DNA of 63,942 nucleotides, the filler included, from Blastocystis sp. subtype 4 (taxonomy: Eukaryota), in the NCBI RefSeq assembly GCF_000743755.1. It is 3 parts of 3 records of this genome, joined end to end, with 100 filler letters (N's around TTAATTAATTAA, not from the genome) between each part and the next. Parts side by side here need not be neighbours in the genome. Positions count along the whole stretch, not along the records: positions 1 to 21,586 come from NW_014569360.1; positions 21,687 to 43,192 come from NW_014569359.1; 1 more part is not named here. One strand, written 5' to 3'. How positions within the stretch are numbered: the stretch's first letter is position 1; each line of letters starts with the position of its first letter. The notes beneath the pieces are model-generated. The model was given only the letters and a program-made list of their open reading frames with translations, ran no database searches and was not told the origin of the DNA. Shown in pieces: positions 10,695-26,840 of the stretch. The position numbers and the translations under genes were made by a program.

Positions 10695-13600
10695 AAGCCA
10701 AGTCTTCAATAACCCAATCATCTTTATTCTCCACCTCTTTTACACTATGCTTGTTTCCAAATACAAAGGTTTGCATCGATGCATCAGATTCATACGCCTT
10801 ATTTGCAATATCCACAAGTTGATCTTTAGTGACATTCAACAGTAGATCTCGTTGTTCTTGTCGCATTTGAGTAGTCTTTCCTGATACCACCTCATCAAAT
10901 CCAAGTGTCTGAGGTTCCCTGGGAGCATCAATATCTCCAAATAGACTTAATCTTGCTTCAACAATATCTTTCTCTGTATATTCTCCATTCCGAATCCATT
11001 CACATCCCTTAATAAACTGATTGATCGTTCTCAATACATTTGGATCATCATAGCTTGAGAACAACGCATATCCACTTGTATGCATTGCATTTGTTCCATA
11101 TGCTCCTCCTTCTTCTCGAATATGTTTCAATAAAAACTTGCTACTCATGATCTGATTCACTATATACACGGCATCATATCCTTGTTCGTTCATCTGGATT
11201 GATCGAATATGCTAATGTTTATATCCTCAATCAGATATCCTACACTCACAATATGATTCGTATCGATTGGAGATATGGAGAACACATTCTTGTGACTATT
11301 CAACTTTGATTCTGCTTGTAACTTCTTCCATTCAACTTCATTCACATGAATCCAATTATCACTCTCCTTCTTACCAAATGGATGTTCTGAATGACAACAG
11401 AGCTGAGAAGGAATGATAGAATTGATGTGATCTGCCCAATTTAAGGCTTCATTTGCTGTCGCCGAATCGACTGTCAAAAATACTCTTATTTTCAGTCATT
11501 CTATAACAACACATACTCCATATTCTGACGAGTGAAAACACGTCGATAGAGTGGTTCCAGTTCCTTTTCTACATATTCCGCTAATTGATGCCTGTTACCA
11601 ACAATACTCTTCAGACTAAGAATATGTTTCGCATGCTGATATCCACAATAGCAGTCATCAATAAAACTACTCATACTTCGTCCCATCAAAGAACGACGAA
11701 GATTGAATGAGGGAAGCGATTTGTCAAACTCCATATCTGTTGATGCGATTAACGATTCTAAAAGGACTTGGACTCGATCCATCGACTTAGATAACGTGGC
11801 TTGAGTACATTTGCTTTGAATGATGTCACCGACTTTTTCCAGATTTCCACCCTGCATTAGTACGGTTGAACTCACCGTAACAATCTAGTGATGATTCTAT
11901 GAACTCTTTCTTACATTACGATACTTTGTTAAATCTCCATGGAACTTATCATACACTGAAACTCCCATATGCAGACCTCCACAACATTGACTCTCCATCG
12001 TTTCCAATTGTTCTGCTGTGTAACGTTCCGTATCCATTCGATTGAGAAGGAAGAGGAGAATTGGTAGATTCAGCAAATCACGTTGTGACTCCAGACAGTC
12101 GAGATTGAATAGAAGACGAGGATATACGATATGATTTGTGGTTGTTTCCACATAGTGAATGGGGATTGATGAAGATGACTGATAGATGAGGGGAGATGGA
12201 ATTGAATGCTTCTTAGGAATGTCCTATGAATGAAACGGAAATCATATTCACACAGAATCCGACAATGTTGGCAAGATAGAATCATCGACCTCTTTTGCGA
12301 AAATGTGAGGATTCACATCTGTTCCATAGTCAGGAAGTCCGTTGGGATAGGTTTCGAGTAGCTTCTTTGTCATTGCTTCTTCCCGGGCTTTCTACGGATT
12401 ACTGATTCAATATTCCAAGGACTTGTTTATCAAAGAATTGTTCATCGGGAGTTACAACGATAGAATGAACTCCATGATCTGATTTTGTAAGCAAGTACTT
12501 CTCAATCATGGTTTTCATTACAGAATTAACTCCTTGCTTCTTCATAGTTTCCAATTCTGTTTCTGACTGAAGACAAGCAGTGGGGTCTGCATTATGTGTC
12601 CATGCTTCGGTTACACTTTGCATAAGGACCAATCCAAACACTAAGAAGTGAGGACTTACAATATAACCAACTTGTTTTGATCTGTTTGTACATCAACTCC
12701 ATTTCATTCAACAACCCAGCAATTCGCTCGTTATCAAACCCATTTCGAATGACATCTTCCAATGTCTTCTGAATTACTTCATCCATGTGTTCCTCCGTCA
12801 CTGACGCATCAATCCCATTCCCTCCAATACACATGAAGCTATTCTTACTGAAGGTGTTATATCTGGCTTATTATCAACCCAATATTCCTACCCCTGAAGT
12901 GGACTTAACAACTGGACTAAACCACTCTCCACTAAGGCTTTGTATAGAGGTGATGCTTGGCCTCGAGATAACAACATTGAAAGAACTTGCAACTTCACAA
13001 TATCATTCGAATCACTTGTGATATTTGTAGGATACACTTTGAGATAATGCCACAAACTGGAAGCATGCGAATTGTCGACTGGGCATGTACATATGTGATG
13101 AAGCAATGGACTCTTAAGGCACTCATCTGGAAGCGTTTGAACTTGAATATGAGTGCTATTGGGATTAGCATTAAAGCGATCCAGAATTGTCTCATTGAGA
13201 AAACGCATGTGATGTGAAGGATGAATATCTCCATAACTAAAGAATAGACAGTTTCTAGATGTGAATCATAATGACAAGAGAGACGATGGATGGTAATGCT
13301 GATGATGGAATTCAAGAAGATCAGTATATTTCAGTGATGGAATTGATGCAGGATCTCCTCCAGAAACATACTGATAATTGGTGTTCTTTAAGAAGGACGA
13401 ACATACTGCTTGAAAAAGACTTCTCCCTTGATCTGATTGATAACCTTTCATTTCATTGAATCTATTCATTATCATTCCAAGCAATTCTCACACTACTCCT
13501 TTGACATGTCCATCTTCTAATCTCCATCCTTCTTGACGGAAATCAGCTAATCGCAATAGGGGATGAAAAACAGCATCACAATATACATCCATCAAATTCA

Positions 13601-14196
13601 ACAAATCGCGAGGAATAGTGGAACTCACTGGATAGGATGTATGGTCATCGAATGTCATGGCATTCATAAATCTACGAATCATAGATTATAGTTGCTCATA
13701 CGTTTGAAGCGAACGGTCACGCATCTTCATAAATGGATCATGAACGGGATATTTTTCACTTCCACACAACGTAGTATGCTCCAGAATGTGACTCACTCCT
13801 GTATCGTTTGTACAAGGGGTCCGAAAGGTTATACTACGTGAGAAAACAACCTTGATTCAACCTGAAAGTATTATCAGTATCTGCAGTATCCAAATGAATA
13901 TAATCTGCATTCGTTCGGACATGTTTGAATTCATATGCTGTCAGACTCAATTCAGGAACAGGCCGAACCACTGTACATCGAAAGTCGTGAATCACATCAC
14001 CAACTTGATAGGTTACCCTTTCTCGATCTTGTCCTCGTTTCGTAATCGAATCATATTCTTTATAGATATTATTGGTTGTGGAACTTAGTAACATTGCTTG
14101 GAAATCCAAACGAGGTAGTACTTGTCCTATCACTCTTCGTCTACAAAGGAATGCTCCGTAATAACATTGGTACATGGCATTTGAAGTTTTAAACAT
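10695..14196 (-). CDS. PITRM1: Presequence protease (M16C, PreP/Cym1)
   Basis: [23 protein letters not shown] (HxxEH), [34 protein letters not shown]; many short introns; predicted end WVIEDLA + poly(A)-made stop. Confidence 0.92.
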
Positions 14197-14291
14197 CGTA
14201 TTACGTTACCAAGCCAAGAATAAAAGAAGAAACATGAAAAAGATAATTCCCGTGATTCTTGTATAGTCAAGAAACAAATCAACATCCTAAA

Positions 14292-17291
<3,000 letters not shown>

Positions 17292-17460
17292 CTTCAAGTA
17301 ATCTTACCAACCAAAAATTACACCAAGAAACGAAAAAACAGCGACTCTTCGTTGAACACCTCCTCGAATGGCTATTAGGCTCATCTATGATACATAAAGC
17401 ATTTCATATAAACTGAACTCCTTTCAACAAAACTATCAACGAAGATGTGGCACTATCGAA

Positions 17461-18352
17461 ATGCACTCTGACCCAGAATTTGAAGATCCTCTGTCTTTCG
17501 AAGAGACAAGAGTTTCAAGTGATATCGTTATGCTTAAAACGGCATATCGAAATGAATTGGTCTCTTTTGGTTCCTAACGTTATGACTAGATTGCACCCGA
17601 AATATTGGATTATAAAATGTCTCTGATATCGCGAATGAAGGAACGAGTTGATACATATGTGCTTTTGTGAACAGGGACGCTTAATTTATAGGAATCTGTT
17701 CTCGAAGAGGAGCCACGATCATCTGTAGATGATTCTTTTCGAATAATGCTCTATGAAGTGAGATTCGAGGCAAGAGTTGATTGTAGATGGATGTCGAAAG
17801 GATCAAATATCTGCTGACTAGCTATTTACGAACTCGATTACATAAAGTAGCTATGGTTTTTGGTACTGATCTTTAGATTGAGTTGTATCACAAATTCATT
17901 TTAAGGAATAACCAAACTGCTCGATTATCCGCAGATGAAACGGCCTTTCTGGAAAAGTACATTTGCTATTTCTCTTGAATGTAGATTTGCAAAACTAAAC
18001 CAAAATTACTTCGAATCGACTATTCAGAGTCATTTCCATCAACCTCCATATGTAACTCCAGGAGAAGATATGGATGAGACGAGTTTGTCCTTTTATTTTT
18101 CATAATATATAGCTTCTGTTATTGTTAACTATACTCAGTATTGTGAGGATGAAATGGACTGTCCATTCCCAAACACAAAGAAACTTGTGGGAGTGCGTCT
18201 GCTTGCAGGAAATGATCCAGTCGAAATACCAGTAGAAGATAAGTCAACGGGAGAAACGGTGGATGTTCGAATTGGAACAGACCATGTTACTGTCATCGAA
18301 TTTGAAATAATTGAACCTTTTATACTCGGTTCAGATACATTTGAATTAAGTT
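17461..18352 (+). CDS. GINS4: GINS complex subunit Sld5
   Basis: Spliced product AYRNEL-IAPEILDY...MDVERIKYLLTSYLRTRLHK-IELY is the Sld5 signature. Predicted end TFELS + T18352 poly(A) stop. Confidence 0.85.
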
Positions 18353-18356
18353 CAGT

Positions 18357-18371
18357 TGTTTGTAACAAACA
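18357..18371. terminator. Palindromic bidirectional polyadenylation element TGTTTGTAACAAACA
   Basis: Between convergent Sld5 and cyclin; predicted cuts at T18352 (+) and 18376 (-) are both in-frame first-position T. Confidence 0.78.
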
Positions 18372-18375
18372 GAGA

Positions 18376-19288
18376 ATCGGGCTGTAGGACTAACACGATA
18401 CGAAGGACGTTTCTGAATTGCACTTTCAATAATATCACATGAACTTGCCATCATAGGGAATAATTCCCTTACGATTTGATGAATACCCTGTATATCCCCA
18501 TATGGCACATTCTCACATACCCTCAGGGGAGCTGGCCAATTGGCTTCTTGGTAAGCAAACGTCCAAGTAAGTAAAACACAAACGAAGGCAATACTTCGTG
18601 GATGGAACCGAATTGACTGATACTCTACATCTGACTCTTTCTATTCACCCAAACTTGAACACACATGATTTACTAATGTTCGATAACTCAGCAGGAGTTC
18701 AAAATGTGAACACAACAACTCATCACCTAGTTCGTATGGAGAGAGAGGCAAAAGACGAAAACAAAGAACGGAAAGAACCTCATAGATCATAGCCAGAAGG
18801 TCATTTGAAGTATATGTGTCACGAATTGCTACTGTGATCTGTCTCTACTCATGACTCTTTCACATAACACATACAAGAGAAAGCATATGAGACTGATTAC
18901 TAAATACGCTTGACGCAAGAAAAAGACAAGCCCACGAGAGTAACTCTACTTTACTCCGATTAATTACAACAGATGAAAGGAAACGATCGAAATAGTTCAT
19001 TCCGACAAAAGCAACACTCAAACACAAGTTACATTCACAACAAATCTACAATTCATTATCTATGATTTTCAATACTTGCAGCATCCAATTATATGTTTGT
19101 TCGCGATACCCTTCGAACCGTTTCAATTCCTGAACATGAATAGCATAATCTGGATTAGGGGAATAGGAAACATCAGAACGAGGAGAACAAACTGAACAAG
19201 GAAAGTCACTAAACAAAAACACTGTACCGGTTGAAGCAATTCTTGCTGGCTCCGCTAGTGATTCGGTACTTCTTAGAATGTGGAACAT
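18376..19288 (-). CDS. Cyclin-fold protein (divergent)
   Basis: After removing intron 19046-19075: YSPNPDY...REQTYNWMLQICCECNLCLSVAFVGMNYFDRFLS (cyclin box), ELLSWACLFLAS, RFHPRSIAF. Confidence 0.8.
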
Positions 19289-19461
19289 ATTTCCAACGTG
19301 TTCTAAAGATAGGAAAGAGCCAAAAGGCTAAGTTGGATATGCAAATGAAATTAAAATGAGCCCAAATCTAGAAAGTGGGAATAATAGTTGGAAAAAGATG
19401 TAACAAATTAATACAGTTGGGGTTCGTTCTATTAAAAACCACCTATTTCAACAAACAGACA

Positions 19462-20483
19462 ACAACCCTTTCCACCGACTTTTCCATTCTCGTTTCGAGG
19501 AAAAAATATCCATACCTAGTGATTCGAGGCCCCGGGCCAGAGCATCTCGTTTCTGGCTCCTCAGGTGTTGATCCACACGCTCTCGCAATGAAATATCACT
19601 TGGTTGGGTCATTTGAATAACTCCATCTGTAGAATCAGATGGAGACGCAGGAATGAAATATTTACTCTTTCCTTCTTTCCCTAGCTGTTCATAACTACTC
19701 GATTCAGGTTGAGTACACAAAAGATTTCGAGTTTCTGTTGTCTCTTGGCTCCGCAACGGAAGCGTCTCTTTTAACTTTAGAATCTGAGAACGTTGATCTT
19801 GAATTTGTTGTAATATCGCTGCATCATCCATAGGAGGATCTTGATTCTCTTCAGTACCATCAAGCAAACGGACAAGTTCATCCGTGGATTCCTCAAGAGA
19901 TAATGATGAGACGTCATTTGTATTCATACCATAATCTCCTTCCAGAGAAGTAACGCTTTCGTCAAGAGACTGGCTTCTTCGAATTGTCTGTAAATGAGTT
20001 TAGATCATTTCACCCACAGTAGATAGACCTAACATACCATAGGGAGCCATGGATAATACATGTTGTATCAATGAATCTTCAGTGAGTTCCTTTTGAGTTC
20101 CTTGATATTCTCCATTCGCACTATAGCTTACCATATCGGCTTCTTCAATACGAATAACAATGTTGTCAACGACTACTCCTTAATCATAATGCATCATAAA
20201 TACCTTCTCCATTTGAAATAATGGAAGGAACTTTTGAATAGAAGAAGGATTTAGGTATAAGGAGGCCAGACGATACTGGTTGTGAAGGGATAGGATTCTT
20301 CTCCAGAATTTTAGATTTACATAAAGGGGAGAGAATTCCAGTGATTACAACATCCGAATCTGCTAGAAGCATAGTTGGTTTACTGTCATCAAACGAAAGG
20401 ATCTGTAGCAAGGACCCTTGAAGCACGGAACATGGGTTCTGTAATGATCCAATCACAGACTGTCGAATCCAAGGACTTAGCAT
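19462..20483 (-). CDS. TPP1/ACD/Est3-like OB-fold protein (paralogue B)
   Basis: MLSPWIRQSVIG...LLQIL...MLLADSDVVITGIL resembles the TPP1 OB fold. C-terminus LESLG..EWKSRWKGL followed by T19462, 4 nt before TGTTTGTT (19450-19457 on -). Confidence 0.6.
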
Positions 20484-20504
20484 GCCATGAAAACAAACAA
20501 TGAA

Positions 20505-21586
20505 CTAAACAGAATTCTCCTTCTTCTGCAGTCCTCCTTTGGTCATGTTCGCTTTCTTCTTCAAGGAAGCTACTCTCTTCTCTTTCTTGTTGGCAATCTT
20601 TTCCATTCTCTCATACAAAAGTCTCTTATGACGACTCATGATGGCCAGCTGACGCTCTTTCTCCTCGCTCATCCGTACTACATTCACTTTCTTCGATTCC
20701 TCCTCCTTGGCCTCTTCCATCTTTTCTTCCTTCTCCATCTCCTCTCCCTTTGCCTCTTTCTCAATCTCCTTTGCAAATCGCAAGGCCTTATCCTCTTCAG
20801 CTTCGACTACCTCCTCAATCTCTTTCTCTTCCTCCTGTTTGCCATACTTCAATCTATCAATCTCCTTCTGGTACTCTGGCGTGTATCTACTCATCACACA
20901 ACACACATTAGTTTACCCTTCAGCTTCATTGTCCACAAATGGAGACAAATGAGGAGGAAGAACCTTCCCCGGCTGATATCGTTCCACAGGCAACAAGAAG
21001 CCATTATTCACACAATCAAATAACCATTGAGGCTGAACATAATCGCGATTGGGGAGAGGCTGGGAGATGGCAGGTCTGTCCATTACAACATGAGTTATCG
21101 CTGGATCTGTGTATGAATAAGGAGATCCTTCACCTTCCCAACCAATCTTCCCTCCAAAACAAAGAATCACAAATTCAACAGATTCCCGCGGGACTTCACG
21201 AGAAATGAAAAACACCTTATCATTGAAGAGTGTAGTGAATTGTTTCAATTCCATCTGTTTTTGTAGTAACGCTTTCGCCTCATCATCCTCTGCAAAGGCC
21301 TCTTCCAGTTGATATTCTTCCTTCTCCTCTTCCTGATCAGCTACCACCACACTTTCAGGCATGCTTGATAGAATCTCCTTCATTGCTTGTTGATTCTCCT
21401 CACTCTTCTTTGCTTCTTCCTCTATTCTTCACTCCTCTCTGTTTCTCTTACCCATTGCTGCCTTCTCTTCTTCAGTCTGAGGCTGTGCTGTTAGTGGTTC
21501 GGTTGTCACTGAATACAGATATGCTCCCAACTCATCCTTATCCTTTGCTATAGTAGGAGGATACTTGAGACCTAAGGAACCATACA
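20505..21586 (-). CDS. PES1: Pescadillo/Nop7 homolog, 5'-truncated by gap (copy B)
   Basis: LGLKYPP, BRCT domain FFISREVPRESVEFVILCFGG, YVQPQWLFDCVN, PPHLSPFV, MSRHKRLLYERM. Confidence 0.95.
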
Positions 21587-21686
21587 NNNNNNNNNNNNNN
21601 NNNNNNNNNNNNNNNNNNNNNNNNNNNNNNTTAATTAATTAANNNNNNNNNNNNNNNNNNNNNNNNNNNNNNNNNNNNNNNNNNNN
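21587..21686. other. Artificial contig linker N44-TTAATTAATTAA-N44
   Basis: N runs flanking a six-frame stop 12-mer. Confidence 0.97.
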
Positions 21687-22000
21687 TGAGGAAGCTATGA
21701 AGAAATCAGTGGTTCTTATTGAATAGTGATTCGTGATTTGATAATCAAAGATCACTGAAGAGTTTGGAGAATGAAAAATGCAAGCAGTGGGACTAGGTCT
21801 ATAGCAACATGAGAAGGAGAATAGGACCAATCAATGATATTTGCTAAACCAAAGGATCTTAGTCGTTAGTGGAGAAGCCTGGTGATGACACTGAAGAATT
21901 AACAACATGAAATCCCACACCTCATGGCTAGTTACAAACTCCCTAAAACACAACTACAATATATAAACAAACAAACGACTTCCATAATAACAGCTCAGCT

Positions 22001-22294
22001 TTATTGAGCAAGCTTAGCTCGTTCAGGGAAGCACTCTGCAAAAGTACGAGTAGGATGCTTGTTCTCCTGATGTCCCTTCAACTGAGAATCGCTTTGGGAT
22101 GCCATAAACTCAGTCTACCTGTCAATATCCCCTCGAAAACAAACACGACAAATCATACACACAACCTTTGGTGCGTTAGCTCCAGTACGAGCAGCTTTTC
22201 CAGCCTGACCACCTCCTCCCTGAGGCTTTGAGGCCTCCTTCTCGTGTCTAGCACGAGCAGCTTGCTTCTTCTGGACATTCGAACCCTTGCCCAT
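22001..22294 (-). CDS. Small ZNF706/zf-met2-like C2H2 zinc-finger protein
   Basis: MGKGSNVQKKQAARARH...VVCMICR-(intron)-TEFMASQSDSQLKGHQENKHPTRTFAECFP; absent from the ORF track. Confidence 0.8.
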
Positions 22295-22632
22295 CTACCC
22301 TTTATTCCATCTCTACTATCGCTTACAATAGCAACTAACTATAGTACACTAGTTAAAGAACTGTGAATGACTAAAGAGATGCTCCATTTGTTATCATGTG
22401 GTGATTGGGTCAAAAGATTCGTTCTACCAATCATAGCACGATTTAGAATCACCTGCTCAACTCCTTTTTCGAACATTCGATTACCAGATTGTCTAAATCG
22501 TTGGAGGTACATCCAAATTCAATGAACCAGTGATTCCTCTCCCATTTTCCGAATCTTCTCCAGTAAACCATTTCGCATCGCATCCATTGTTTATAATAAA
22601 CATCATTACATATATAAATACATGAAGAAGAA

Positions 22633-23112
22633 TCAGCTCTCCAGCATCTGCTTCATCTTCTCCTTAAAAGGTTCCACTTTACTGAAAAAGTAACGATAGA
22701 TTTGACCACTAGGAGAATTGGCATAGGAATAATCAATATTCCCATTCTTGTCCACAAAGAACATGCGAGGATAATATGCGCCATCTATAAATTACAGTGA
22801 ACTACTACAGTTACCTGGACGGAATTCGTCATATGTGGGTTCATCATCGTCAATGCAAGCGATCATCACAAATTGCTTACTCAACTCGACAAACTCAGCA
22901 TCATTTTTAAACCGCTCACCCACTTTCTTGCATGTGGGACACCACGTCTTCTCAATCAAGATTATTCCAGGTTTGTGCTCATCTACGATCTCTTGAAGTC
23001 CCTCTCGGAATTTCTTCCATTCCACCTCGTTTCCAAAATAATTCACTGAACTCATTTCACGAACAAATAATATTTGCTCTTTCTCCCTCCACTCTAGTAC
23101 TGGAGAAGTCAT
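22633..23112 (-). CDS. Thioredoxin-like protein (ERp18/TXNDC12-AGR family)
   Basis: FGNEVEW, KTWCPTCK, FVELSKQFVM, then DGAYYPRMFFVD after an intron. Confidence 0.8.
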
Positions 23113-23303
23113 AAACTAGCATATCTTTGTGACACCCAATACCCATCACATCCCTCTATTGTCCACTTATTCCCATATTGGTACAGCACCTGAGAAGAAT
23201 CATTTCGTTGGATAGGTACTTCTTCATCATTAGTCCCTCACTATCACAAATACTATCCATTCCCGCGATTCCTCTTCCAACCCACAAAAAGCGCTTGAAC
23301 ACC

Positions 23304-23891
23304 ATGTCGATGACTATGAGAGCTCTCCGTGTAGGACAGATGTCTGTCAAGAGTGTGAGTTGCTATGCAGCGGCTCAGATCCCTGTCTTTGCCAGATATC
23401 ACACTCCCTACAACTATTCCTCTCCTGCCAAGCCTGCAAACCTTTGGGTTGGTCTGTGGAACTGTTTCATTCTCTTTTCAAGTCGTTATTCCTAGGTGAT
23501 TCCACAAATCTTCATGAGAAGATTTTCCATTACTCTCAGTTGACTGCTGCTGTTCTTTTCCCTATCTCTTTCATTCTCGCTCCCTCTGCCGTTTGTGTGA
23601 GTACTTGGAACCGATTTTGAAATGTAGGTACCTATCGATTACATCATGTGTGTTCTTTATCCTCTGCATGGATGCATTGGTATGAGTCATGTGTGGAGTG
23701 ATTATTGTGGACCTGTACGGTTATGGACGAGTGTTGATAAATAGAACCTGGGAAAGGCTCTAAAGATTACGGATCTTATCGTTTCTCTGATTGCCATGTT
23801 TGGTCTTCTGTACCTGAATGCTACTTCCGATGGTCTGACTGCTACCATCAAGCAACTGTGGAGACCTAAGATCGAGGATAAGAGAGAGTAA
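23304..23891 (+). CDS. SDHD: Succinate dehydrogenase cytochrome b small subunit (CybS)
   Basis: Mitochondrial-type presequence; spliced product ...LHGCIGMSHVWSDY...GLLYLNATSDGLTATIKQLW; 3 introns. Confidence 0.85.
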
Positions 23892-23921
23892 CTATCATTT
23901 AATGTGTTTATAATGAACAAT

Positions 23922-24421
23922 TCATGTATTCATCTTGCTAACGTGAGCCACCCACAGCTCATCATCAGGGCAAATACTTTCAAATACAGTACGGGTTCGG
24001 GGTTCACAAAGGTATTGATCACACATCTCGTTAAACCGTTTGAAGTGTGGTGTCTCTCTATGCTTCTTCATCGCTTCTTCGTTTACATACACCTTGAATA
24101 TCACTGATTACGATGGATTACCTCATTGAGTAAAAAATGGCGTTGGTTCGTCTTTTCCTGATAATTACTCATTATGGAGTAGTTCTACCTGGATAATGTC
24201 AAAACGGACAATACCGCGTTCGTGAATACTATGAGTTAACCGATCCAAAATCCACTACCTCTGCTGGCAATTATCGACACATTCCTTCTTAAATGCCTCT
24301 TCAACTCCTAAACTTAATCTTCTCAGTTAAGGATACCTTCCTCCGTCAAACAACTTACGTGGACAACAATATATCCACGCCTTAGAACATTAAATACACT
24401 CTTTCGCACTATAGAAAGCAT
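23922..24421 (-). CDS. LsrG-like / antibiotic-biosynthesis-monooxygenase (ABM) family protein with putative presequence
   Basis: Removing introns 24308-24336, 24229-24258, 24158-24188 and 24093-24121 gives MLSIVRKSVFNVLRRGYIVVHV...SIHERGIVRFDIIQ...FLLNEVY...HRETPHFK...EPRTRTVFESICPDDELW. Confidence 0.8.
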
Positions 24422-24480
24422 TGTTTGATATCTATTCTTGATTGTCCTCTTTTATAGAGGCAAATTAAGAACATTTGTAA

Positions 24481-24562
24481 GACAACGTGGCCGAGTGGTT
24501 AAGGCGTTAGCCTGCTAAGTTAATGGGTATTACCCGCGCGTGTTCGAATCACGTCGTTGTCG
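24481..24562 (+). tRNA. tRNA-Ser (GCT)
   Basis: GACAACG/CGTTGTC acceptor stem, CT-GCT-AA loop, long variable arm, T-run terminator. Confidence 0.95.
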
Positions 24563-24626
24563 TTTTTTTATCAATAAGATCTTGCACATCCATGTTAACA
24601 AACAATCAAATCGTAAACGATAATAT

Positions 24627-25076
24627 TCAAGAATGAATATGAACTGGAGGATAAGGTGTTGGATATACAAATCGACCTTTAGTTTTGTTAGAACGACTTG
24701 CAACCGATTGATACTTCACATTCTTGCTCATCCGAGACAAACTCACCACAAATGGATCCTCAAGCCGGATTATCCTGCGAGACTGAGCAGCCAATCGACG
24801 TTTGTACCAAATACCAACAACAGTTATCGCTATGACAGATACTAAGCAGATCATAATTACTATCCGATCTGCCTGAATTCCCTTCTTCTCCCTTGTTGTT
24901 GTGATTTCACAAGAACTCCCTGAAAAACCACTTGGGCAATTACAAACATTCGAGGAGATGCAAATACCACCATTTTCACAGGGAGGAGAACAAATAGCAT
25001 CTGTCTCCGACGAAGCACTCATGCCACAATCAAAAAGGAATAAGCATAATGCCAATCGAAACAACAGCATTCGCAT
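24627..25076 (-). CDS. Small type I membrane protein with one EGF-like domain
   Basis: Signal peptide, CSPPCENGGICISSNVCNCPSGFSGSSC, TM helix, basic cytoplasmic tail. Confidence 0.8.
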   Translation of the reverse strand: MRMLLFRLALCLFLFDCGMSASSETDAICSPPCENGGICISSNVCNCPSGFSGSSCEITTTREKKGIQADRIVIMICLVSVIAITVVGIWYKRRLAAQSRRIIRLEDPFVVSLSRMSKNVKYQSVASRSNKTKGRFVYPTPYPPVHIHS

Positions 25077-25315
25077 AGCAGCTTTCTTTGACAATATCCC
25101 TCATCACTATCCTCTTCTCAGACCATTCTCGTGCACCATCCAAACATCGAACTCTCACACTTTCGCTTATTTCCATGTGCTGTTATGACTCCTTTCTTCG
25201 ATATGATTAGTGGTATCTTGTTTATCAAACACGATTCACTGTACATTCTCTCAAGTAGTCTGCTGTTTTGTTTCACTCCACAAGTGTTCTGGTTATTGAA
25301 TAAAGCCATTGTTTC

Positions 25316-26741
25316 ATGGAATTCCGAGTTGGTTACAATTACCGCCTGGGACGAAGAGTAGGTGGTGGTGCCTTCGGAGAAATCTATCTCGGAACGGATA
25401 TAACAACAGGTCAGGTTTGTTTGCAGGAATGATACTCAGGGAATGAAATAGCCATTAAACTCGAATCTTCCTCCTCCAGAAATCCACAACTGCAGTATGA
25501 ATACAAAATTTATCGTATTATCAGTGGTGGGGTTGGAATCCCATCTGTACACTATTACAGCAAAGAAGGAAATTATAATGTGATGGTAATGGATTTATTG
25601 GGTCCCAGCCTCGAAGATCTCTTTTGTTACTGTAATCGCCAGTTCTCGTTGAAAACGGTCTGTATGCTTGCTCGAGAAATGATTCTACGAGTCCAATATG
25701 TGCATCAGAAATATTTCATTCATCGGGACATCAAGCCTGATAACTTCGCTGTTGGGCTAGGGAAGGATGCGAATGTCGTTTTTCTTCTCGACTTCGGACT
25801 CAGCAAACGGTATCGGAATCCCTCCACTCAAGAGCATATTCCGTAGGTCAATCTCCTATTTTCTCATCTAGATATCGTGAAAACAAAAGCCTGACGGGTA
25901 CTCCTCGGTATGCATCCCTATACAATCACCTTGGGATGGAACAGAGTAGACGTGATGATTTGGAGTCGCTCGGATATGTTCTCATTTACTTTTTGCGAGG
26001 GAAGCTTCCGTGGCAAGGTCTACGTGCAGATACGAAGAAAGAGAAATATGCTCGAATAATGGAATACAAAATGGAAATTGCTTTTGATCGACTCTGTCAG
26101 GATTGTCCAGTGGAGTTTCTACTATACTTTGATTACTGTCACTCCTTACAGTTTACCGATACCCCAGATTACACCTATCTTCGTGGTCTCTTTACCAACT
26201 TGATGAAACGGAATGTATGTTTGTTGAGGTCTCTCAACAGTAGTGTATTGAAGATGATGGGATCTATGATTGGATGATTGAGTCACAACAACACACCGTT
26301 AGTGCCCTACCGAAGCATTGTATTGGTGCCAACAGAGCTCTTCGTCGAGATCTATTGCGAAGTGCACCGCCAGAGGCACGCGAAGCACTGACAGTAGCAG
26401 GTGATAGTGTTTAGGACAGCTGAGGAATAGAGCGACAAAAGCTCCGAGAACGGAGTTCCTCTCCCATAGCGGACCTCGACGACACTTCGAAACGGAAATC
26501 CAGTACTCATGTTAGTGAGGCCCAGTAAGTGAAGGATTGTGAGATAAGGTGTAGATCTGTAGTTGACTCCCAATTTGTCCTTATGCCACATTCTGGATCC
26601 CAAGTGTTTGCTGGATCGACCGAAGCCGAAGTGAATAGTGCATGTCCTCAGATCGACTCAAGTCTGAAAGAAGTCGATCTAGCTGTTGATGAAGGACATG
26701 AAGATAAAAAGCGAGGTTTTAAGTGGTTTATAAGGAGATAG
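25316..26741 (+). CDS. Casein kinase 1
   Basis: [47 protein letters not shown]. 3' exon inferred; TAG 26739-26741 sits 4 nt before TGTTTGTT. Confidence 0.92.
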
Positions 26742-26840
26742 ATGTTGTTTGTTTGTAACTAATCTCTCAGGGATGTTCCACTTTGACGCAAGTCATCACT
26801 CTGTTTACCACCCCATTCTTCTTCCACTATAACAAACATA

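Noticed and set aside
21587..21686. TTAATTAATTAA palindrome within N runs (also 43193-43292)
   Set aside because: Artificial contig-joining linker; gene adjacency across it has no biological meaning.
24093..24104. Apparent Glu-to-Lys change (IFKVY) in the LsrG-like ORF
   Set aside because: That segment is intronic; splicing gives NEVY with the Glu retained.
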